Of a stretch of 64,000 bases of DNA, positions 48,501 through 60,800 are shown one piece after another. This DNA comes from Asterias rubens. Its lineage: Eukaryota. The position numbers and the translations under genes are program-made. The stretch covers positions 4,526,001-4,590,000 of the forward strand of contig NC_047080.1 in assembly GCF_902459465.1 (NCBI RefSeq). The letters run 5' to 3'. How positions within the stretch are numbered: position 1 is the first letter of the stretch; the number at the start of each line of letters is the position of its first letter. Below the pieces are notes generated by a model that ran no database searches, was not told the DNA's origin, and saw only the letters and a program-made list of their open reading frames with translations.

Positions 48501-51500
48501 GGTTCAAACCCCACTCTAGGCCAATTTTCTTTGTCCAATACCAGCATGTTAAAATTGAGTTACAGGTTCAAGTCTCCCTAGTAAATATTGTAATTGTTCA
48601 ACCCAAAATAATAAAGAAAAACAGTTTATGTTTTCTTTCATTTGTCATGACTTCCACCTTCCGTATGGCAAAATAATTAGCAAACAAACAATGCAGTTAA
48701 TGAAACGTTGCATTGCGGTGAGACTAGATCAAATGGGAAGTCTGTGGTAAAATTGTCAATTGTCATTACGCTTTAAAGTTTAAATTAGTCAGATCAATCA
48801 ATTGCTAACAACTCACTGTGTATAGACCGTATTGAATAACCCCGTTTTTGCTAGGAAAGTTGCCATCTTGTTCAGTGTAGGGCAAACCGTATTTGCGTCT
48901 ACACGCGTACACCAAAGAAGCACGCAGCGTTCCCGGTTTGATTTCTAGGGCACAAGCACACGCACACACACCCCCACGCACACGCTCGCAGACGCCATCT
49001 TGTAGGGCAAACATTTGAGCGGTGACGTCATATTCAATACGGTCTGTTGGTGTTTTTATTTGTTGGAATCAAGTCATCGCTAACAGCTGCAATTTAACAC
49101 TTAACTGGCGGATGAGGCCTCAATTGGTATTACACTACACAGTATGTACAGATGGTTTTAAGTTCCTGTTAAAGGCAGGGTCAGGCATCAAATTAACCAC
49201 AGCATTGCCATATTGGTTCAAGACTCTCCTGTTATTAATATCTCTCCATTGACCGCTGCCACAAGAAGGTAATGTACTTACACTCTCATCGTGATAGCAG
49301 TTCTCGGGGTGATAGCGATCTATGGAGAGAAATGTATACAAAATCAGGGGAGGCTTGAGCCAAGGCTACGTGTACAAATACAATTGCTGTGGTGCCCTGG
49401 GCTTTTGCTTTACTCAGTCACGGTATTCTGTTTTATGACTTTTTTTCCATTGGGAAAAAAAAACATTAGACCCCGTTTCTTTTCTGTTCACTCTCACAAA
49501 AATGAATTTAGCTGGCATTCAGCAAGTGTTTTCATAATTGACTTCCAATTTGAAATTGTACTCTAAGAACTTCCTGTTTTTGTCTTGAGAATCAAATGAC
49601 CTACTTTGGTTTCAACCCAACTCCATAATATTAACATAAAATCAATGCAAAATGTGTAGTAGTTACAATGACATAATGTATTTATAATTTATGTGATGAG
49701 AGTCATAATTTTTGTAAAATATTGATTGAAATGGTTTGCCATTTACATGTAATGTACGTTGTAGACTTCCCCTGTACATTACATGCGACCCTTCAAGTCA
49801 GTTTTCTTCACACCACGCCTTGGGTATTACATGTACACTGAGGCCATGGCAGGGCTGTATGCTTCGTTTTTGAAAGGGCAAGGGCACCAAGGCATTTTCT
49901 TCTTGGTGAAGGGCACCCTATGATGAAATTGCAAAATTGTACTGGAGCATTTCAAGGGCACCAAGGCAATGACCAGGGGACACGGAGGCAATCGCCTTCG
50001 TTGCCTCCGTGAATAAAATAAATCGATATAGCCCAAGCTTATACACAGTAGGTACATTGTGTGTACGTTCACAATGTACATAATGTGGACATGCTGGGAA
50101 GTGAGGTATTTTCTGACTCATACTGAAATGTATCTTTAGGGATGTACGTATGTAAGTGATAGTCAGTACCTATACAAGTGCATGTCATGCTCTTAATCTA
50201 AAATTTGAAGAAGAAAAAATAAATGAATGCTTGAATTGTGCATTTGTGAATATGTGTGCGAAACAAATTTGAAACGTTTATAAAAGACGACTGTGACTAT
50301 ATGACTATGAGAAAATTATTTAAATCGTGTGTAATTTTGCATCATATAAAATACTAAACTGCAGTCGAAAGAAACTTTACAAGGGCACCAAGGCAATGAC
50401 CGAGTGGCATGTAGGCAATCGCCTTTGTTGTCTCTGTGAACTTGTATTGGGCCTGGATTGGTGAAAAGGAAATGTGTAAACTTGACAATTGTTCAGAAGA
50501 TGTTTGCCTTTTTTTCTCTCTTATTTCTAGGGAGAATCCAGAAGGCCTTTTTGTCGCATTCTTTGAAGTGGCTGCCCCTGTTGATAAAAAGTCGGGTGAG
50601 TGCTATCAGGCTTTTTCTCAAAACACTGTGTACAATGCTAAAAAACAATGCAAGGCTTCATGCTTCGCACTCCAAAGCCTCCCTCCCCCTTGCCAACCCT
50701 GGAGAACACTGATTGTTGGACAACGTAACATTGTACCCAACATGTATGACGTTCACAAGTTTGTATTATGAAAAAATTTCCACTCGGTGCACTAAGTACA
50801 TACATGCACAGGTTCGTTCATTGTAACTTTCATTCATGCCGTTCACAATCAGGAAGTCAATCTGATGTGGCATTTATAAATAATGTTGTACAATGTACAC
50901 GGTATTATTGTTCCCAGGTCCTCACAGGAAGTAGTTTTACATGAAGGCCTACATGTAGTTTGTGTATACATCAGGCAACTATTTCTCAAGACCTTTCCCA
51001 ATTGCAGGATTTTCTCAAAACATTCTTGAGCATTGAGATTTTTTCTTGAAAGAAGTAAAGCAGGTGCAAAAGAGAGAAAGAAATAGACCGCATTTATCAA
51101 AACTTTTGAATGAACAAAAATTAACAGATTATTGTAAAAAGTCTATCTAATTGTCTTTGTAACACTAACAGCTTCAATGTACCTCTTATAAACTTGATGC
51201 TTGTCTTGGTGGTGAGAAGTTTCTGTTCCAGAAAAGAAAATACCCAAACAGAATCAAACAAATAAACAAAACAAGGCCCAAACAGAGGGATTCAATTTTT
51301 TTTGTTTTATTTTTCATGACAGCTGCTGGACAAGGATGTTCTATCATTTTGAATTATCATTCTTATTTGTTCTAACGCCTCCATCCCTTTCTGGCTCGTT
51401 CGTTTTTCTAGCTCCACAGATCGTATCCCAGTTCCCGGATGATTTTGTCGACATTGGTGTAACCAAAGAGTTGCCAAAATTCTGTTTCCCCTGTGACCTC

Positions 51501-54500
51501 AGTAGGTGAGTTGACTTAATTAATGTTCAAGCCGATTATTAGAACAGCTTTAAAACCAAACTTGGGGGGCTGGTCTCAATAAGAAATATGATAACAAAAT
51601 TCTTCGGTCTGTTAGACCCCTTGCATATGACATTACAAGTTCAAACATGTCAAATAGTGCCCTGACTGAAGTGCATGTAAAGCACCTAATGGGCCCTGGC
51701 ACTACATAAGCGCCGAAGTGCGCAGTAAGCAGCGCCATGCACTTGGGCCCAGGGTCCAATTTAATGAAGCCTGTAAGCACAAAAAATTGCTAAGCACAAA
51801 CAAATTTTGCTAAGCAAAGATGGGTAACCAGCCCGAATAGCATCTATTTACCATTGCTGCCAGTAGTACCCCACTCACTTCTTTTGCTTAGAAAATAAAC
51901 TTGCTAAACAGAACTTTCTGCGTTAACAGCTTTATGAAATTGGGCCCAGATCATTCAAATTGTTAGTAATCATTAAAATTGCAGGCCAGCTAATGGCATC
52001 TATCATGCAAAACAGCATGAGCGATATTGATGGCTCAAACAGTAGGAGGGTTAAAAACAATCATATTCATATTAAAAACTCACAGTAATTTCTTTTCTAT
52101 TTTACAGGTATAATCCAGCAGGTCAGCATTTTACGTTTGTACTGACGGGACTCGACAATAAACAGAGGTTTGGGTTCTGCCGGCACCCGCCTGGCGCCAA
52201 AACATGTCTATGCATTCTAAGGTGTGCTATTCTTCCTTTTCTTTAATCCCTCCTATCTATTACATTGTGGATAATTTTGCGAAGAAACGTATCTCGCACA
52301 AAAACACTGTGTGTTGTGTGTTCAACCAAGCTATTTTAAGATATTTTGAGATACATCATGTACTTGTTCAACATTTTGACAAATTCAAACTTGAAAGTAA
52401 TAAAAGTGTTTTTTCAGGAGATACAATGTTCCTGCAGTGACGTTAGTTTTACAACCTCTTAACTCCCATACCAGTTTGTTCTGATTCTTTCTTACCGCTT
52501 GTTTGTTTTCTGGTTTTACTTTTGCGTAGTTACTTGCCATGGTTCGAGATATTCTACAAAATTCTCAACCAAATAGCGGAGCTCAAGCATCATGATAATG
52601 TAAGTGCTGTCTCTTTTAAATCTCAATAAATTGTTATCAATTAATTGTATATCCTGGCTTGTCATGGCCGAGTGGTCAAGTGCACTTGATTCAAGCTCTG
52701 GTGTTTCTGACCAGAGAAGGTACATGTTTGGTAAGACCAGTGTTCTCACTTGATGTATTCCATCATTTAAGCATCAAATAACAAGCCTGTGAAAATTTGG
52801 GCCCAATTGGTCATCAAAGTTGCGAGAAAATGATGAAAGAAAAAACACCCTTATTGGACAAATTTGTGTGCTTTCAAATAAGAATAAAAGACTTCTAGCT
52901 AGAAGTCTTTTATTATTTTAGGGAGAAATTACCTCTCTCTCAAAAGCTACGTTACTTCAGAGGGAGTCATTTTCCACAAGGTTTTATACTATCAACATCT
53001 CTCCAATTCTCAATACCAAGTCAGTTTTTAAGTTTTTAATATTTGTTTTGAGTAATTACCAAAGGTGTACCTTCCCTTTAAGATCAAGTCACTACTCTTT
53101 CATTCCCATTCATAAATGCCCTTTTGTTAAAAAGCATAATAAAGCTTGAAAAGGACAATTTTAAGTTTCTGTCACATTATAGGGCTCCAGTGTGAGAAGG
53201 GTCAAAATTGCATTGACGCACACCGGTTGTACGTACGCGCACAAAGTATTTCTAGGGTTTTTTTTTCATTGAGTACCAGTGTATTCATTGTACTCATTAT
53301 GCACTTGTTTAAATTAGTGTTGTCTCTTTTTCTTTTCTGTTTGAACTGTGTATGTTGTTATTAATCAAGAATCAAGTTATTTGAAACTTCTAGACACTGG
53401 ACACTATTGGTGATTGTCAAAAACCAGTCTTCTCCTTTGCTGTATCTTAACATATGCATAAAATAACAAACCTGTGAAAATTTGAACTCAATCGGTCATC
53501 GAAGTTGCAAGATATTAATGAAAGAAAAATCACCCTTGTCACACAAAGTTGTGTGCTTTCAGATGCTTGATTTCGAGACCTCAAATTCTAAATCTGAGGT
53601 CTCAAAATCAAATTCGTGGAATACTACTTCTTTCTCGAAAACTATGTCACTTCAGAGGGAGCCGTTTCTCACAATGTTTTATACCACCAACCTCTCCCCA
53701 TTACTCGTTACCAAGACAGGTTTTATGCTAATAATTGTTTTGAGAAACTACCAATAGTGTCCACTGCGTTTAATTTTTTCTATTCCAGAATGATGTCGCT
53801 GATCAGCTGATACTGAAGCTCTTTGAGGCTGAGGTTCCCAACGCCTATACACAGTGTCAGATCTCTATAGCTGGTGACGTCCCAGTGGTATGTAGTATTC
53901 ACATAGAGTTATATATAAGAACTAGAGGGCGCACTGGTGATGCTTCTGGCACAAACGTGACGGGACATCAAGGAGACATGCGCGCACCATTCTGTACGCG
54001 CGTTGAATAAGAAACACACGTTGGAGTTTGTGTTTATTGAACGCTACGCGATGCTGTTTTTTCAACTTACAAAATGGCCACACAAACACACGCTTAGCAA
54101 TGCCTGTTTGTTCAACTTAGAAAATGGCCGCAGGCGCGCATGCCGGGTCGCGTATATAGGCCAGTGCGCCCTCTAGTTCTTATATACATGTATAACTCTA
54201 TGAATATTCATGATGTTTTATTTCTGTCCACGTCCGGAGCCCCCTTGGAATCAACTGGTCCTTTGTAGACCAGCGTTGCTACCATGGGCAGCGTGCCATA
54301 TTGATACCTCTCGTCACTGACCGCGGGGTCCGATTTCACAAAGAGCTAAGATTGATCTTAACTGCAAATCAATCGTAGTTGCTAAGGAAAGTGTGATGTC
54401 ACAATACAAATCACTATTGTAATACTGACCGTTTTGTATTGCGATTCGTTTTATTGCTTTGTGAAATCGGCCCCAGGTAGTGAAACGCCGCTTGTAGCCA

Positions 54501-57500
54501 TTGGAAGTTTTAATGTTTTGTCAGACTATGAGATATTCAGAAGTTTATTTTTGTGCTCAATTTTTTTTTTTCAGGAGATGAAATTTGCAGGTCCAGATAG
54601 CAAAGCATTGCCTAGAATACCTGACAATGTAAGTAGACATAACTCATGTCTAGTTCCATGTAAAATCAAATCTTACATTGCATTTTATTCACATGTATGA
54701 ACCAGACTTTACCAGGTAAAGAGTTGAGAGTGTCATGGCCGAGTGGTTAAGAGCATCAAATTCAAGTTCTGGTGCTAAGTCACCGGAGTGTGGGCTCGAA
54801 TCCCGGTCGTGACACTTGTGTCCTTGAGCAAGATACTTTACTATAATTGCTTCTCTTCACCCAGGGGGAAATGGGTAACCTGCGAGGGTAGAGGTTGATA
54901 TTGTAAATGAAAAAGCTTTTGGAGCGAAATAAACTGTTGCCCAGGTTGTAAACTCCCAAGGGAGCTGAGAAACATTATAAGGGATGTTATTGGCCCTATG
55001 ACCAGGGCACTAATGTAAAGCGCATTGATACGGTTATTGTGAAATGCGCTATATAAGAATTGGTTATTATTATTATTAAATGTCCATTGTTTATGTAGCT
55101 CTGATCATATACGCACATTACAGAGACCAATGGATTTACCTGGTAAGTCAACTGCCATGAAGCGCCCCAAAAGTTCCCCATTAAAGGTTGTGGAGGAAGA
55201 AAAACATTTAAAGACTGCTGACCAATCAGCAGCCAGTATTCTAACTTGTTTGGATTGTGAAAAAAAAAAAGTTCACTTAACATCAGGAATTAAAAAAAGT
55301 TTACAAAACGATTTGATTTCTTTCTGTATCAACAGCGGAACATGGTGGAATACTTCAGTGCAGTCAACCCCCTGAACATGATGACACTATTTGCTAGGTA
55401 AGACCTCTGGATAAAAAACCTAAATGCAAACGAAACAGGTTTTGCATTTGATGTTAAACTTTCAGTTTTACAAAGGCCATGTTTTCACTTTTGGGTGCAG
55501 AGCTCCATGGCTTTATGTTGAAGCCCTGAGCTCTTGAATTAATACATACTTGGTTTGCGGTAACACCACGTGTGTATCTACCTGCCAGGTAGATTGCGTT
55601 CTTCAGAGAATACACACATGGTGTGTCACCCTAGACCAAATATATATAGATACCTCACCATGCAATTCCTCAAATCCCATAGGACTTGCAGGCATTGTGA
55701 TCATAACCACTCCTGAACCCATGACTTTAGACACGGCCCATCTTGTTCTTGTTGTTAACTACTATTGATTGTTTCTTTCTCATTTTACAGTCTTCTAAAC
55801 GAAAGGAGGGTCTTAGTTACTTCAGAAAAGCTGAGTAGGGTAAGAACACTTCCCCCCTGTTTTCTTTAGACTGAGATCAGGATAAAGAATATTATATTAT
55901 GTTTTTACCCTTATACGCATGTGAGTGAAGCACCTTGTAATTTCAAACTGCCAGGCAATCTAAGCGGTCCAGTTGGTAAGACATTGGGTAAGAACACTCC
56001 CCCATGTAATGGTTTACAAGGTGCTGGTGGCACAATATGCAGCCAATCAAACCAGGAACACCTGGACGAACCCCTTCTCTTTAAGAAAAGTGCTCCTAAA
56101 ATGTGCATTACACAATTCACAGGACCTACGAAATCTACTCCAGGGCAGTAGAATAAACAGCAAGACAAGTTCTCAATGAATAATCTACACAGCAACTAGG
56201 TGGTGTTTATTGCAAACTGAATATATACATTGTCATTTTTTATTTTTATTTTCAGTTAGCAGCGATAGTTCATGGATCTGCGTCCTTACTTTACCCCCTC
56301 TATTGGCAGCATATCTACATTCCAGTCATGCCGGCTCATCTCATCGATTACTGTTGCGCTCCGATGCCGTTCTTCGTTGGTGTTCATTCCTCGTTCATGC
56401 CGGTAAATTTACCTTTTTTTTTCACCTCATAAATATGTTTTAACATATTTAACAAACATTTGAGATTTTGAAACATTATTTTCTTGTCCAGCTCCCACAA
56501 GTTAATTTCATTTTAGATATTTTCTTCTTGTAGCCTCTGACCAAGAGTGGCTTTTAGCAAAAAAAAAGAGAAAAAAAAGAGAAAAAAATGCATGGAAAAA
56601 AGATGAAGTGGAAAACAACTCTTTGGATGACCAGACATTGAACTTGTTGTTAGCTTGAGGATGCATTTGTTTGTCTTGCAGCAAGTGCGCAAGATGGCGC
56701 TGGATGAGGTGGTTATACTCAACGCAGACACCAACAAGATTGAGACGCCATTTGACGATCTTCAAGCATTCCCCCCAGAAGCTGTGAGTTGTCTTCCATG
56801 TCTTTTTTGTTTTTCTTCTTAAAGAAATCATCCTTATTTCTCATTACAAGGGAAAGTACATCATTTAAATATTAATTTAACCAGTTGACACTGGTTGATT
56901 CCAAATTTTTAAAAAGGATGGAGAATTCAATTTTGTGGTGTACTGATTTTCCAAAAGATGCAGTCCTCATGTGAGTGGACAAACAATTACTAGAAAGTTG
57001 CTAAAAGTCTTTAGCCCCACATTAAAATGGTGTAAACTGCCATCATATTCAATACTCCCCCAGTGCAATATTTTGTCAAAATTCTAAACATCTGATGACA
57101 TATTGCCATTTTTTTTTCAATTTCTGTTTTCCCAGTACTTTCCCAAGGTCTGCGAAAACAAACCACAGGCATGTTACTTATTTTTCACAGTACTTAGTAT
57201 ACAGTGCTTACCGGATGGGTGTATGACAGTGATGAGATTGTTTAGACATTTGGCTGAATTCAGACTTTTTATGTCGGCCTGGTGAAGAAAATCAGATTAT
57301 TTGTTATCCCCTCAAATAAAGAAATCCTGCTCATTGGTGTACTTCTCTAGTGCTTTGGATACTGTTCCAAAAGCGCCTTTGAAGTTATAACCACAGCGAT
57401 TACCAAACGGTAGAAATGGCATCATTACAACATACCTTTGAATTTGTATCCAAGTTTCAGATTTTTTCAGTAGTAATGACTCTCACCCCTGGTGTATGGG

Positions 57501-57804
57501 CAACAAATAATATTGTTATCTCCAAGAAAATTTTACATAACTTCTTAAACATTTTGAGCTATAAGCTCTTGTGGATTTCTACCCTGAATGTCATCCCTGA
57601 GGTTTAAAGGCCTGTTTGAACTTCATGAGATGAAAAACTAAACTTTCTTTGTTCTCAGGTGAGTGAGCTGAAGAAGAATCTTAAGAATGAAAACCTCTTC
57701 TATGGAGACGGAGTAGCCAGGTCCTTTCTCAAGACACTTGTTTATCTACTAGGAGGATACAGGGAAGCAGTCAGGATCAAGACTGTAAGTTATACATCTT
57801 AAAA

Positions 57805-57868
<64 letters not shown>

Positions 57869-60800
57869 GAAATTTATATAGTGCCTATCCATGTTACCAT
57901 GCTCCTTGGTGCTGAACAATTAAAAGAAAACCTATTAAAGGCAGTGTACACTATTGGTCATTGTCAAAGACTAGCCTTCACAGTAGGTCTATCTCAACAT
58001 ATGCATAAAGTAACAAACCTGTGAAAATTTGAGCTCGAACGTTCATCGAAGTTGCAAGATAATAATGAAAGAAAAAACACCATTGTCACAAGAAGTTGTG
58101 TGCTTTCAGATGCTAGATTTAGAGACCTCAAATTCTAAATCTGAGGTCTCATAATCAAATTCATGGAAAATAACTTGTTTCACGAAAATGACGTTACTTC
58201 AGAGGGAGCCGTTTCTCACAATGTTTATACTATCAACCTCTCCCCATTACTCGTTACCAAGTTAGATTTTATGCTAATAATTATTTTGAATAATCACCAA
58301 TAGTTTCCACTGCCTATAAGGGATGATTTCTAGAGGTAGATGATTGATTCTGAATTTGTTATTGTTGTTTGTAGGGCACTGAGATCGGTTTTGATCAGGA
58401 GGTGTTTGTACAATGTAGATCACGCAACATGCAGCCATTCTTAGAGAAATTATTACAATTGCAACATTTCACTCAGGTAAGATAAGTCTGTCTCACTCAC
58501 TCAGTCGACCCAAGTTGTCGCGTTACAGCATGTTTGAGTCGGGCTCTATGTCTGACATGCCACACAACGCTATCCTGCTTACAGCTGATTAGCTCCTCCT
58601 TGTTGACTACTCCTGCGTCTTCAATCGGGGTCTTTAGCATGGTCTTGGTGGGTCTTTCGGGGCCGTGCATGCCGTGAGTGGGCTCCCACACGATGAATTT
58701 ATTGGCTGGTAGCTCCTACGGCGCTTATTGATCTTCTGACTCATGGGGGGGGGGATGTTGCTATAGAGAAGTCTGTCTGTTTCAATTCAAAGAGAACTAT
58801 GAGACCCATAAAAAGGGTTTACAATTTGCTGTGGCCTATTCATCGGCTTCTGCCAAAAACGCCAGACAAACCACTTCTTTTTGGGATTTAGTGTAACTGG
58901 GGTTTCTGAAGCACAGTCAGACCATTGGAAATCCCTCATTGACCTTACAATGATATTGAAGTCTTATAATATAGCGCACGTATCTACCAAACTAGGTACT
59001 CAAGGCGCTGAGTGAGTATATACAAACTTTCAGAAAGATATTGCTGTGATGAATTCTGAGACCCAATTATGTAGCACTTATATGGGTTTACAAGGTGCTA
59101 CGGCGCATGAAGCAGCCACAACCAGGAACAGCCGGGGCGAACCCCTTCTCTTTCCGATAAGTGCACTGGGTTCTTTTACATGCGTTACACAACACATGGG
59201 ACCAACGGCTTTACGTCCCATCCGAAGGACGAAGCAATGGTAAAGTGTCTTGCTTAAGGACACAAGTGTCACGGCTGGGGATTCAAACCCACCCTCTGTT
59301 GATCAGAAACACCAGAGTTTAAATTCGGTGCTCTTAACCGCTCGGTCACGACACTGCCATGCCTGATTGAACTGGGTTCTTTTGCTTGTCCTGACTGGGA
59401 CTCAAACCTGCACTCTGCTGATCAGAAACACCAGAGCTTGAGTCCGATGTTTTTAACCGCTTGGCCACGACAAACCATAACAAACGTTTTCCTGCTTTCA
59501 GTGTGGGTTCATTTCAGAAAATACAACCTGTTTTTCCAGCCATGAGTTGTTTTTTCATTGTTAAAAGTTTCTTTTACACACCCATATACATGTACAGACA
59601 CTTTCTATAGACATTTACAGATTTTAAAAAGGCTACTATTTTTTTTTAAGATGGGGATTCTGAAGCCAATCAAACTGTTGGAAGTCCGCTATATGATCCG
59701 CCTATCATTAACCTACGCCTGGTTGAATAGAAGACATCCAATAGAGATTAAAGGAACACGTTGCCTTGGATCGGACGAGTTGGTCTTTGGAAAGTGTTTG
59801 TAACTGTTTTTTATAAAATGCATATGGTTGGAAAGATGTTTTAAAAGTAGAATACAATGATCCACACAAATTTGCCTCGAATTTGCGTGGTTTTCCTTCT
59901 ACTGTGCGAACTAACACGGTCTGCCATTTATGGGAGTCAAAAATTTGACTCTCATAAATGGCCGACCGTGTTGGTCGACGAGGTAAACGGAAAACCGTGC
60001 CATTTAGAGGCATGTTTGTGTGGATCTTTGTATTCTACTTTCTCAACATCTTTCTAGCCATATGCATTTTATAACAAATGGTTACAAAAGACCAACTCGA
60101 CCGATCTAAGGCAACGTGTTCCTTTAAAAGGCCTAATCACTATTTGTCTTGACAAAATCTGTGTGTTGTTTTTGACTGGTTTATTTCTTTGTACTGGAAT
60201 GTTAGTTTATAGATGCGAGAGTGCAGCTGATCAAATCAGGGATGCCCATCAATGATCTCTTCGAGGAGGAATTGGAGATTGCTAAGCAAGACGGAAGTAA
60301 GTATCATGACCAGGGTTGGATTGCATAAAGCTGGCTAAGCACAGAAAAATCTTGCTCAGCAGAAATGGGTTACCAGCCAAGATACCATGTAATGTGTATA
60401 TTGTTTGACTACTCTGGTTCCCTGTTATTTTTTGCTTAGCGGATAATTTGTAGAGGTGCATCCTAAAAATTTCAAACAAGTTCCTGAGGAGGACACTGGA
60501 AGATTTGGGTCAAGACAAACTGATCGGTGTTTTTTTCTTTTCTTTTTTCTGTTTAAACTAGGTCTCTCCAGCAAGAATTTGAAGGAGACATTGAGGATGC
60601 ATCTTATATCGGCTAGAACCGATGGCAAAAAAATGTTTAAAGATGCTCAGAAAAAGGTACAACAGAGGGTGAGGTTTCTTTCTGCTTTCTTATCCATCAT
60701 ATTGTGTCTCTTATTACATATAACAATATGCTCTTGTTTTCATGAGGAATTGCTTGTAGCCGTTTCTTTATTTTGAATTTCTGGGGCCTCAGATTGCGTA

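Noticed and set aside
48733-48746. Alternative DENND1 first exon ATG GGA AGT CTG TG|gt
   Set aside because: Phase-compatible, but MGCRLK at 45583 matches MGSRIK better and has a stronger donor; left unsupported.
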